DNA of 64,000 bases, taken from Polyangiaceae bacterium. GTDB lineage: Bacteria; Myxococcota_A; Polyangia; Polyangiales; Polyangiaceae. The stretch covers positions 160,001 through 224,000 of the forward strand of contig JBILLK010000011.1 of the NCBI GenBank assembly GCA_044376115.1. Reading direction: 5' to 3'. A model generated the notes under the pieces. The model was given only the letters and a program-made list of their open reading frames with translations. It was not told the origin of the DNA and ran no database searches. Below are positions 19,267 through 28,998 of this stretch, piece after piece. The position numbers were made by a program, and so were the translations under genes. Every line of letters starts with the position of its first letter. The first letter of the stretch is position 1.

Positions 19267-20337
19267 TCAGAAGCCGCCGACCACCTCCGGCACGCTGGTG
19301 GGTTTGCTGCCGTTGAGCACCGAACACTTCACGGTCGTCGTGGCAGTCTCGCTGCTCGCGCGACCGCCACCCGCAACCAGCGGCGAGAACAGCGACACCA
19401 CGCTGGCTTGCGCTTCTGCAGCGCCTGCGGGCGGAACAGCGTTTCCACTGGTGTCATAGACCGCCACGCTCGAGGCGATGCCCTTGGCGACCTCACCACT
19501 GGGGAAGCTGAGATTCACTGTCACGCGCACCAGTGAACCCGCGCCGTTACTTACACCAAAGGCGATCGGCTTCTTGGCGATCGACGAGCAAAACCCGGGG
19601 GCCCCTGGTCCGTTCGGCGGCCCATAGGTTGAGAAAGCCCACTGCTGAACGTTGACCGTGTACTCGTTACCTCCGCCACCGCTGGCATAGGGCACACAGC
19701 GATTGTAGGCCGGATCGAACTGCTCGCCTGTGGCACACTCACCGCCCTTGGCGCAGGCCGTACCGTTCCAAACCTCGTCCTTCGCGCAGGACTGAGCGGC
19801 TGGAACACATGCGCCCTGGCCCTGACTCACGACCAGGACCTCGGGTGGCTGACAACCCAAGGTCTGACCGGCGCCAAGTTGAACGCCCGTTTGCGCTGCC
19901 ACTTGCTCCTTCGGCAGGCAGAGCCCGGTCGTCTCGTCGAGTTGGTCCCCCGGGCGACACTGAAGCTTCACGCAACCACCGCGCGTTTGACCAGGCTGGA
20001 TCACCCAACCAAATCCTTTGCCGCAATATTCGTTCGCGTCGGCTTGGGTGAGGCATTGGCCGGCGACGTCGTAATGGCCCGGCGAACAGACGCAACGCCT
20101 TCGCTTGAGGTTGTACTCGGCCCCGTCCTGACACGAGGAGATCGAGCACTTGCAGTTCTTCCCCTCGCAAATCTGGAGAAAACAAGAGTTTGCCGGGCAG
20201 CCAGTCAGCAACAAGGGCGCGAGCGCCGACGTGGCCAAAAGGGTCGAACCCAGGAGCGCCGCCCCTTTCCAGCGAGAGGCGGCCAGAGCGAAGTGGTTTG
20301 AAAGGTCGTGAAACACGCGCACGGCGTGACCGTACAT
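19267..20337 (-). CDS. Cys-rich hypothetical lipoprotein
   Basis: Hydrophobic stretch ending LLTG-C, followed by many short Cys modules. Start uncertain. Confidence 0.75.
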   Translation of the reverse strand: MYGHAVRVFHDLSNHFALAASRWKGAALLGSTLLATSALAPLLLTGCPANSCFLQICEGKNCKCSISSCQDGAEYNLKRRRCVCSPGHYDVAGQCLTQADANEYCGKGFGWVIQPGQTRGGCVKLQCRPGDQLDETTGLCLPKEQVAAQTGVQLGAGQTLGCQPPEVLVVSQGQGACVPAAQSCAKDEVWNGTACAKGGECATGEQFDPAYNRCVPYASGGGGNEYTVNVQQWAFSTYGPPNGPGAPGFCSSIAKKPIAFGVSNGAGSLVRVTVNLSFPSGEVAKGIASSVAVYDTSGNAVPPAGAAEAQASVVSLFSPLVAGGGRASSETATTTVKCSVLNGSKPTSVPEVVGGF

Positions 20338-20641
20338 CGTTCATTCAGCGGCTGAACCAGAAACTGCGGTGGCCGCGGCAGGCATGGTCAAAGAATGATC
20401 CATTTTCCGCAATCAACCACGAAACCGGGTCATTCCAACCGAGTGTCGTGTGTGTTACGAGCCCGTGCTCGGGGCGGAGAACCCGAGCGGGGTGGTGCAA
20501 CCGCCCCGGGTGGAAAGGAGTAAGGAACCTAACGGCCAACGAGGACGCTTCGAGCGTGGAGACGAATGATTGCGCACAGCCAAGTTGCTAAGGCTTTGAT
20601 CAATCGAGAGTTTTAACCGCACGAGCCGCCCGCTACGCCCT

Positions 20642-20657
20642 AGGCATGAACCCTGCT
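20642..20657 (+). promoter_or_regulatory. Candidate sigma-54 (-24/-12) promoter
   Basis: AGGCATGAACCCTGCT has GG-N10-GC spacing and is close to the TGGCACG-N4-TTGCW consensus. It lies about 200 bp upstream of ATG 20855. Confidence 0.5.
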
Positions 20658-20854
20658 TCCCGCTCCGAGGACCTTTGTGTCCATCGCACACTCCCTTGTG
20701 GGTGGGGCAACTTTCCCAACCGAGACCGTTAGCAAGCGAACGCCGCAAGTTCTTCCGAGAGTTGGGCGGCAAACAAGTTCTACGAAGTTTTTATGCAGTT
20801 TTTTGACTTGAGCTCGGGTTGCCGAGCTCTGGAAGTATCAAGGAGGACAAGCCG

Positions 20855-23800
20855 ATGAGAATGTGGATGCGGGCGGTCAGCGTAGGCACGTTAGGCCTCG
20901 CTGCCGGAGGATCCTGGGGATGCGCTGAAGAGCGTGCCCCCATTATCCGGACTCAACCGAACCAAATGCCAAAGTCGTTCTTCATAGGTGAGGACTTCCA
21001 AGGCACCGCGGATGACCCCGAGTTCTATGCTCGCGTGGCCATCGTCGATGTACCGTACGGAGCGGAGCAGGACGGCCTCTTCACTTCGACGTACGCCCAG
21101 CCTCCGACCGTCATCAAGTGGCAGGTGACCGAGGATCTCCTTCTCGGACGCATTGTCTACAACCGGATCGAGGGCGCCGACGGCAAAGGAGACGGAGCAA
21201 GCAGCATTGATGGGCAGCTCGCCTATGCCTTCCCCATCCAGAGCCACTTCGACATTCGTCGGGACTACAATCCGAGCACTGGTGAAGAAGGTAACGTAAT
21301 CGTTGAAAACACCACGGACCGTCCGTGGGACCAGCGCACGCACATGCGTGTTGATTGGGCGCGCAACCTAAACGTTGATGCCTACGACTTCGACACCTTG
21401 TCGATGGTCGGCATCTACGGTGGCGTCACCTACGAGCCCGTTGCTTGGGACGTAAACGATCCAACCGATCCGGATGCACCCGAGTTCGCTTTGGACGAAG
21501 GCTACTTCGACATCACTACCAAGGCGCTCGCAACGCCAGGTGTGGTTGACCTCTCCCACCTCGGCTGGGGCATCGACTCCTTCCCCGCGTGCTTCTTGCC
21601 TCGAGAATTCGGCGGCGGCACGTGGCCTAACGGAAACTGCAACCCGACCGAGCTAACGCTGCGAATGGCGTTCCGGCGCGTCGTGGCCTCCGACTACGAA
21701 CCCGTAGATTGGACGGGTCAAAAGTTCGATGCGTTCGGCATCTTCTACGGTGAGCGTTTCGGCTACGCCCGGAACTACGGCATCGTCGACCAAGAGTGGC
21801 ACCGCTTTGCTGCTCGCTACAATATCTGGGAGAAGTCACACGCTTACCAGGAGAAGGCTGGCGAGTGCGCAGCCGGTTGGGTCGAAAGCAAAGACTTCCC
21901 CGGTCAATGCGAGCTTCCCTGCTACACCGCAGAGAAGACGCCCGCTGGGCAAGATCCGAACCGAGACTGTGGAACGGGAATCGACTCGTCTTGCGTCGGC
22001 TCGGAGGTCGCTCCCAACGGTACGGCTGATGAGTGTGAGGCAGCAGGAGCTGGCTCGCAATGTGATCAGTTCTCTCAGAAGTGCACCTTGCCTTACGGCG
22101 AGCGCACTTCGAAGGCGATCGTTTGGCACCACAGCAAGGGTTCCAATCAGGAGTTCTTCGAGGGAACTGAGTGGGCAACCAACGAGTGGGACGTCGCGAT
22201 GCGCATGTCCGTTCGGGTTGCTCAGTACAGCGAATGCATGAACGTTCAAACCCGGAACGGGACTGCCCTGGCTGACGCGAAGTCATCGTGCTGGTCCAAG
22301 TTCCCCGTTTACTACGGTCAGCAGGACGAGAACGAAGACGCGGTGGCGCTTGCCCGAGAGGTTGACGACTGTCGCGCTGCCACTGGAGTTTGGGCTGAAG
22401 ACGCAGGGGGCGCTGCCGCCTGGTCAGAAGAGCGCATCTCCTTCTGTAACAAGCAAGCCGACACGTTGGGCGCAAAGCGCGGTTACAGCGCTGGCGTCAT
22501 CTCCATCGCCAAGATGGATGAGATGGTCACGCTATGCCACAGCCCGGTGGAAGCGAATGACTCTCCCAAGTGTGTCGCAGACATCCAACGCTTCCAAAGT
22601 GATGAGGCGAAGGCAAAGGACGAACGAGCTGTTCTCCCGGCAAACATCACCGCCCTGATGTGCGACCAGGCCTGGGTAAACCGCTACGACAACCCTGAGC
22701 TGGTCGACGAGAGCGTGTTGGCTGCTTGCGACAACGGCTTCGCCGCTCGCATCGGCGACATCCGCTACCACCAAGTCAACACGGTCAAGAATCCGCAAAC
22801 CCCGTCTCCCTGGGGCATCATGGCGGATGCTGACGACCCGCGAACCGGCGAAAAGATTCACGCGTCCATCAACGTTTGGTCCCACGTCAACGATCTGTTG
22901 AGCCAGGGCCAGGTCGACATGATGCGTTACATCAAGGGCGAGATCCCGACCGACGAAATCACCGACGGCACCTACGTTCGTGAGTGGGCGGGGGCTGCTG
23001 GAGCCAAGAAAGGCATTGGTACCTCTGACGCCGAGACCATCGCACGTCGCCAGACGGCGATGTTCGACGGTCGCTCCTTCGAGAACGGTTCTCCGCGCGT
23101 TGATGCGGACAACCTCCCCGAAGTGACCGAGGAGATGAAGACCTTCCACAAGCAGGTCATGGCTCAGAAGATCAAGAGCATCCGCTCAGAGGCCGGCGTT
23201 CAGAGCATCAACCGCCCGTTCGTCGACGCACGCCGCACGGCCGCTCTCAACACCGCGACCGAGGCAGCGCTAATCACCCCCGCAATGATGCAACTGGCTG
23301 GCTTTAACGGCTCAGATGTTGACGCTGGGCAATCGGAGCTCGCAGCTGGCCACGGCGTTAGCCCTGGCGCCGCTGCTGCCTCGATTCTTCGAAGTCTGAA
23401 CCCGGCAGTCTCGCGCGACCTGCGCCACCTTCGAGAGAACGCACTCGCTGCCCGCGGGGTTTGCGTGCTCGACAGTGATGCGGCTTCGTCGCCGACTCCC
23501 AACACCATCGCTCAACTCGCCAACGTCATGGAACGCAAGTTCGGTCCCTGGGGCGCAGCCACCAAGGACGAGCAGCTCGCCCACGGCTCGGCGATCCAGA
23601 AGTACCTCGCTCAGAAGTTCCAGTACGGCGTCATCATCCACGAGATGGGTCACTCCATCGGTCACCGCCACAACTTCGTCAGCTCCTCTTACGCCTGGGG
23701 CTTCCGTCCTCAGTACTGGCAGTTGCGAACGAAGGACGGCGAAGTCGACAACACCTGCATCAACGTAACGGACGGCGAAAGCTGCATTGGTCCGCGTTAC

Positions 23801-25981
23801 TTCGACGCAATCACCGACAACGAGGAATCCAACCTCATCCACATGTGGGCGCAATCGTCCGTCATGGACTACGCCGGCGACATCTCGCAAGACCTACTCG
23901 GCCTTGGCGCGTACGACTTCGCGGCAGCGCGCATGTTCTACGGCCAGACCGTCGCGGTTATGGACGGTGAGGACAACAAGGCTGACGGCCGCAACGCCGA
24001 CACCATGCTTGGAGTCATGGACGACTTCGGTGGCATCCTCGGCTACAGCTACGTGCGCAACGGTGGAAACCCGATCCACTACTCGAAGCTGCAAGACGAG
24101 ATGGGCCTCATCTCGAATTGCCAAGAGGTCAACGTCGATGACTTCAAGCCGCGCAACTGGGACGCCGACAAGTACGGCGTTTGGGACGGCTTGGTGGACG
24201 GATTGATCGTGACGCAGAACGGGAAGGCCACCCGCTGCGACACGATGCCGGTCGACTACGTTCCTTACGACACGCTTCGTTTGCCCACGGCCGACGAAGC
24301 CGGGAACTTCTATCGCGGCGGCCCCGCGGTGGATCACCTCGACCGTATCCGAACCCCCTACGGCTTCGCCACCGACCGCTGGGCAGACACGGGCAACCTC
24401 GCTGTGTTCCGTCACGATAGCGGCGCGGACGCATACGAATTGTTCAACTTCCTCATCGCTCAGCAGGAGACGGGGCACATCTTCGATAACTATCGTCGTG
24501 ACCGCACTGGCTTCAGCGTACGTGGCGCTTCAGGTCGTACCCTGGGCCGCTACAACGAGAAAATGCGTGATGCTGCGAAGGGTCTCGGACTCATCGCCAA
24601 CATCTACCGCGACATCATGCTCACCAGCGGGCTCGACTTCGATGCCGGCGCTGGCGCAGGTCTCTTCAACTTCTTCTTCCCGCAGAACGTGCTCGCCTCG
24701 GGTCTGGCCTTCGATCACTTCACCCACCAGTTCCAGCGGCCGCAGCCCGGTGGACACCAGGTTGGTTGCAAGATCGGTAACGCCCTCACCGGTGCGCCCT
24801 GCTCGATCGCGGAGGAAGATCGCATTCTTCGTGCGACCGATGAGAACGCCTACAACGGCGCTCCCACTGGTCTCAACGTGAGCATCTACAACGGCGCCAC
24901 GGGCATGTTCGACATGGTCTCGTTCGGCGGTAAGGTCGTTGAGAACCGTCTCGGCACCGGCCAAGGCGACTTCGACGCGGACTACACGATCAACGCTGGC
25001 TCGTACTACGACAAGGTGTACGTGCCGATGCTGCTCACCGAGTCCGTTGACAACTTCATCAGTGACTCGCTCGGTGACTTCACCGATCCGCGTTACCGCT
25101 CCGTATCGATGGCCGACCTCTTCCCGGATGGCTACCGTCGGTTCCTTGCGAACAACCTCACCGGCGACGACTGGATCAAGGGCACTCGCGTTGCTTCAAC
25201 GGGTGGCGCTAACTCCGGCCCCGTTGTTGACAGCGAAGAGTACCCGGTCGGTGGCATCGGTTGGACCACTTGGTTCACTCCCGAAGTCTCGATCTGCTTC
25301 CCCGGCGAGAACCAACTGCTCTGCTCGCAGTACGGCTGCCCCGAAGGCACCATCTGTGAGTCGAACGGTAACCTCGAGCCGACCAGCGTTGTTGCGCTCG
25401 ACAATCCCGACGCACCGACCACCACCCTCGCGGTTGACCCCCAGGTCAGCTGGGAGCAGTGGAAGTGGCTCATCACCATGACGCTCTGGTACCTGCCGGA
25501 GAATCAGAAGCGGAACTGGATCAACCTGATGGGTATCTGGGAGATCGGCGCCGATGACGATCCGGAGTTCGAGAACCGAATCGAACTGCACATCCCCGAT
25601 GGTCCGACCTACGTTGCCCGCACCTACGGTACCGAGGTCATCCACGGCCGCACCGTTCAACGTGGTATTGCCGCTCGCATGCTTGAGTACGCCAACTCAC
25701 TGCTGGTGCAGTCCTACGAGACCACCACGTTCGTCAGCCCGCAGGGTGTCACCTGGTACCTGCCCGTCATCGTTGACGGAAAGGCTCGTGTCTTGTTCGA
25801 TCCGAACGTCTCGGACGTCTCGTCGAACCCGACCTGCAGCTCGACCGACAACAGCGGTTGCACCTGCTCCTCGAACGTCGCCTGTGGCGCGTTCGAGAAG
25901 TACACGCCACTCCCGGCCTTCCTGCGCCAGTCGATGCACGACTTCCGCATGGCGGACGCGACGATGAAGGGCATCTACTAA
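20855..25981 (+). CDS. Giant (1708 aa) Cys-containing lipoprotein, metzincin-type zinc metalloprotease
   Basis: AGGAGG RBS, signal ending SWG-C, HEMGHSIGHRH (HExxHxxGxxH) and Met-turn SVMDY. Confidence 0.85.
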   Translation: MRMWMRAVSVGTLGLAAGGSWGCAEERAPIIRTQPNQMPKSFFIGEDFQGTADDPEFYARVAIVDVPYGAEQDGLFTSTYAQPPTVIKWQVTEDLLLGRIVYNRIEGADGKGDGASSIDGQLAYAFPIQSHFDIRRDYNPSTGEEGNVIVENTTDRPWDQRTHMRVDWARNLNVDAYDFDTLSMVGIYGGVTYEPVAWDVNDPTDPDAPEFALDEGYFDITTKALATPGVVDLSHLGWGIDSFPACFLPREFGGGTWPNGNCNPTELTLRMAFRRVVASDYEPVDWTGQKFDAFGIFYGERFGYARNYGIVDQEWHRFAARYNIWEKSHAYQEKAGECAAGWVESKDFPGQCELPCYTAEKTPAGQDPNRDCGTGIDSSCVGSEVAPNGTADECEAAGAGSQCDQFSQKCTLPYGERTSKAIVWHHSKGSNQEFFEGTEWATNEWDVAMRMSVRVAQYSECMNVQTRNGTALADAKSSCWSKFPVYYGQQDENEDAVALAREVDDCRAATGVWAEDAGGAAAWSEERISFCNKQADTLGAKRGYSAGVISIAKMDEMVTLCHSPVEANDSPKCVADIQRFQSDEAKAKDERAVLPANITALMCDQAWVNRYDNPELVDESVLAACDNGFAARIGDIRYHQVNTVKNPQTPSPWGIMADADDPRTGEKIHASINVWSHVNDLLSQGQVDMMRYIKGEIPTDEITDGTYVREWAGAAGAKKGIGTSDAETIARRQTAMFDGRSFENGSPRVDADNLPEVTEEMKTFHKQVMAQKIKSIRSEAGVQSINRPFVDARRTAALNTATEAALITPAMMQLAGFNGSDVDAGQSELAAGHGVSPGAAAASILRSLNPAVSRDLRHLRENALAARGVCVLDSDAASSPTPNTIAQLANVMERKFGPWGAATKDEQLAHGSAIQKYLAQKFQYGVIIHEMGHSIGHRHNFVSSSYAWGFRPQYWQLRTKDGEVDNTCINVTDGESCIGPRYFDAITDNEESNLIHMWAQSSVMDYAGDISQDLLGLGAYDFAAARMFYGQTVAVMDGEDNKADGRNADTMLGVMDDFGGILGYSYVRNGGNPIHYSKLQDEMGLISNCQEVNVDDFKPRNWDADKYGVWDGLVDGLIVTQNGKATRCDTMPVDYVPYDTLRLPTADEAGNFYRGGPAVDHLDRIRTPYGFATDRWADTGNLAVFRHDSGADAYELFNFLIAQQETGHIFDNYRRDRTGFSVRGASGRTLGRYNEKMRDAAKGLGLIANIYRDIMLTSGLDFDAGAGAGLFNFFFPQNVLASGLAFDHFTHQFQRPQPGGHQVGCKIGNALTGAPCSIAEEDRILRATDENAYNGAPTGLNVSIYNGATGMFDMVSFGGKVVENRLGTGQGDFDADYTINAGSYYDKVYVPMLLTESVDNFISDSLGDFTDPRYRSVSMADLFPDGYRRFLANNLTGDDWIKGTRVASTGGANSGPVVDSEEYPVGGIGWTTWFTPEVSICFPGENQLLCSQYGCPEGTICESNGNLEPTSVVALDNPDAPTTTLAVDPQVSWEQWKWLITMTLWYLPENQKRNWINLMGIWEIGADDDPEFENRIELHIPDGPTYVARTYGTEVIHGRTVQRGIAARMLEYANSLLVQSYETTTFVSPQGVTWYLPVIVDGKARVLFDPNVSDVSSNPTCSSTDNSGCTCSSNVACGAFEKYTPLPAFLRQSMHDFRMADATMKGIY

Positions 25982-26045
25982 TCGTAGACGCTAGTTGAGT
26001 TCCAGCTTCACTCAAGCAGTGGAGCTGGCTCTCGCGAGTTAGAGG

Positions 26046-26072
26046 AGGCCCCGTTCACGCGGGGCCTTTTTT
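26046..26072 (+). terminator. Intrinsic terminator
   Basis: AGGCCCCGT-TCAC-GCGGGGCCT stem followed by a T-run. Confidence 0.85.
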
Positions 26073-26180
26073 CGTTTGTGCGGTTTCCTGGCTCTCGCAG
26101 AGATCTGCCAAGGAAGTCTTCGGCCGCTTTGACTGAAGAGGAGCGCTGACCGCTCGGTTCGGCTCTGGTAGAAGACGTGG

Positions 26181-27683
26181 GTGTTTCGAAAAGTCCTGAT
26201 CGCGAATCGCGGCGAGATCGCCGTGCGTATCACCCGCACTTTGCATGAGATGGGCATCGGTGCCGTCGCCGTTTACAGCGACGCTGATCGCTCGGCCCTA
26301 CACGTCCGCATGGCCGATCAGGCGATGCCTTTGGGGCCGGCCGCGGCTTCGGAGAGCTACCTGCGGATCGACAAGGTGATCGATGCAGCCAAGCGCAGCG
26401 GTGCTGACGCGATCCATCCTGGCTACGGCTTCCTAAGCGAAAACGCGGATTTTAGGCAGGCTTGCGATGACGCAGGGATCGTCTTCATCGGTCCTCCGGC
26501 CTCGGCGATGCGCTCGATGGGCTCGAAGACCGCCGCCCGCGAGAAGATGGCTGCCGCCGGCGTACCGATCACACCTGGAGGTTCCGCCAACACCGTCGAG
26601 GAGGCTCTCGTAACGGCCGAGCGCGTTGGCTACCCGGTCATGCTCAAAGCCGCGATGGGCGGAGGCGGAAAGGGTATGCGTCTCGTTCATCATGCTTCCG
26701 AGCTCGGGCACAATCTCGAGCGCGCTCAAAGCGAGGCGCTGCGGTCTTTCGGCAATGGCACGGTCTACATCGAGAAAGCCATCGTCAACCCACGTCACGT
26801 CGAGATTCAGGTGCTGGGCGATCAGCATGGCAACATCGTCCACCTGTTCGAGCGAGACTGCTCGATCCAGCGGCGGCATCAGAAGGTGGTCGAGGAAACA
26901 CCCTGCCCAGTTGCCACGCCCGAGCTGGTTGCAAAAATGGGCGAGGTCAGCGTGCGCGGCGCGGCGGCTGTCGGCTACTTCTCGGCTGGCACCTTCGAGT
27001 TCTTGCTGGGCGAAGACGGGAGCTTCTACTTCCTCGAGATGAACACCCGCCTGCAAGTTGAACACCCCATTACGGAGTGGATCACCGGCGTGGATCTGGT
27101 TCGTGAGATGGTGCTCGTGGCAGCCGGTGAAAATCGAGGCTACCGCCAAGAGAACATCACGCGGCGCGGTGCTGCGATCGAGTGCCGGGTGTACGCGGAG
27201 GATCCGCAGACAGGCTTCCTTCCGAGCCCAGGGACGATCGAGGCGCTGCGTTCACCAAACGGCGCGTGGGTGCGCGACGACGGCGGCTACTACGCTGGCG
27301 CCGAGGTCCCCAGCCACTACGATCCGCAAATCGCGAAGCTCAGCGTGTGGGGCCCTACGCGCGAGCAGGCCCTACGGCGCATGCAGCGTGCGCTTTCGGA
27401 GTACGTTGTAACCGGCATTCGCACCAATCTAGCGTTCCACCAAAAGCTGCTCGCCCACCCAGAGTTCCAACAGGGCAAATACGACACCGGCTTCATTGAG
27501 CGGTTTCGCGCTGAGCTGCTCGGTTACGCCAACCTCGACGCCAACGATGAGGCAAGGATCGCCGCGGCGATCGCGCTGGCGGTGCATCACGAGTCGCGCG
27601 AGCCCAAGTTCGGCTTCGATGCTTCGGTCGCCACGGGGTCCCCATGGGTTCACCACCACCGAGCGCGCACGCTCGGATCGTGA
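26181..27683 (+). CDS. accC: Acetyl/propionyl-CoA carboxylase biotin carboxylase subunit
   Basis: KVLIANRGEIA, HPGYGFLSEN, GGGGKGMR, ERDCSIQRRHQK and EMNTRLQVEH. No biotinyl domain. Confidence 0.9.
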   Translation: MFRKVLIANRGEIAVRITRTLHEMGIGAVAVYSDADRSALHVRMADQAMPLGPAAASESYLRIDKVIDAAKRSGADAIHPGYGFLSENADFRQACDDAGIVFIGPPASAMRSMGSKTAAREKMAAAGVPITPGGSANTVEEALVTAERVGYPVMLKAAMGGGGKGMRLVHHASELGHNLERAQSEALRSFGNGTVYIEKAIVNPRHVEIQVLGDQHGNIVHLFERDCSIQRRHQKVVEETPCPVATPELVAKMGEVSVRGAAAVGYFSAGTFEFLLGEDGSFYFLEMNTRLQVEHPITEWITGVDLVREMVLVAAGENRGYRQENITRRGAAIECRVYAEDPQTGFLPSPGTIEALRSPNGAWVRDDGGYYAGAEVPSHYDPQIAKLSVWGPTREQALRRMQRALSEYVVTGIRTNLAFHQKLLAHPEFQQGKYDTGFIERFRAELLGYANLDANDEARIAAAIALAVHHESREPKFGFDASVATGSPWVHHHRARTLGS

Positions 27684-27783
27684 GTCAATCGGCGGCGCCA
27701 AGCCGCAGTTGAGCGGCTTGGACGCCCGGCCTTCCCAATCGCAGACAGGGTGCTACGCTCTGGCCTAGCCTTTCGGAGGTTGG

Positions 27784-28956
27784 ATGGCCGACGGCGTGGT
27801 AGTGGGCAAGGAAGGGGGAGACGCGGACGGAACGGCCGCTGCTCGCTCGCGTTCGGTCGCGGTCGTCGACGAGACGTCGGCCTCCGAAGCTGCGCCCTTT
27901 AGCCTCGATCGCGATCGCATCAGCTTCGACGTGGTCGAGCGGCTCGTTCCCCGGGGCTCGTCACGGTACGCCTTGCGACTGTGGGTGGCCGGCGGGGTTG
28001 CGCTCGCCGTTGGGGCCGTCTTCGTGCTCACGGTCAACGCTCAGAGTTCGGTTGGTGGCACCTTCGCATGGTTGTTGGCGTTCGGACTATCACTCGGTGT
28101 GGTTGCGGCCCTTGCGCTGCAAGCGTTGCGGCAACACCGGCGTGCACCCCGCCAGCGCGCAAAGGCTCGCGCGCTCGTGCTCGAGGAGAACTGCCTCACG
28201 CTCGAGCGGCGAGACCTTCCTCGGCCGAGCGCGATTGTTGAGTCGCTGTGTGAACTCGGGCTCGAAGACCGGTTCGGCGTGATTCTGCTGACCAACCGCA
28301 GCCGAGAGAGGTTGGTCGCGTTGGTTACTACGCCTGCCGGAACCATGCCCGTGGCCACCAACGTTGCACCCGGCCAACGGCATGAGCTCGAGGAGCTGTT
28401 TGCGCGCGCTGCGCCGCTGAGCTCCGAAGACAACGCGCTGTTTGCTGCAGGGCCCGACGGGCGCTCAATCGTGGTCGAACCGCGCGCATTTCGTGACCTA
28501 TTGGGCAGGCTGCTCGGCCGTGATCCGACTTGTGTCGGAAGAATGGTCCTCTCCGACCAAGCGGGTCGCCCGCTGCTCGTCGACGATGATGCGCTCGTTG
28601 TTCGAGGACACCGCCTGGACCTGCATCGGCCGCTCGAGTGGCGTCCAATTCACTTTCAGGAGATCTTCGGGAACGCCGTCACCTACTACCAGGGTACGTG
28701 GGTGCGTCAGGATGCTGTCGAGGTGGTCTTCGTCTCGTTGCTTCCGCCGGCGTTCTTCGATTCGGATGTTCGGGACTCGTCGCTTGATTCAGATCTCGAG
28801 GTTCGTGAACAGACGCGGCTGCTCAATGGCGCATTGACCGAGCCGCCTCCGCTCTTTCAGCGCGTCGCGCTCGAGGGTCTCTTTGTTCTGCCTATGCGCA
28901 CGGCGCTCGACAAGGCACCACGCGCCAAACGAGCCTCCTCCGAGACGACGCACTGA
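27784..28956 (+). CDS. Hypothetical membrane protein (2 TM)
   Basis: GGAGG RBS, a 390-aa ORF, and two hydrophobic helices followed by a basic patch. Confidence 0.7.
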   Translation: MADGVVVGKEGGDADGTAAARSRSVAVVDETSASEAAPFSLDRDRISFDVVERLVPRGSSRYALRLWVAGGVALAVGAVFVLTVNAQSSVGGTFAWLLAFGLSLGVVAALALQALRQHRRAPRQRAKARALVLEENCLTLERRDLPRPSAIVESLCELGLEDRFGVILLTNRSRERLVALVTTPAGTMPVATNVAPGQRHELEELFARAAPLSSEDNALFAAGPDGRSIVVEPRAFRDLLGRLLGRDPTCVGRMVLSDQAGRPLLVDDDALVVRGHRLDLHRPLEWRPIHFQEIFGNAVTYYQGTWVRQDAVEVVFVSLLPPAFFDSDVRDSSLDSDLEVREQTRLLNGALTEPPPLFQRVALEGLFVLPMRTALDKAPRAKRASSETTH

Positions 28957-28998
28957 ACTTCAAACATTCAGGGCGGCCATTGCTGTAGATCAGCGGTC

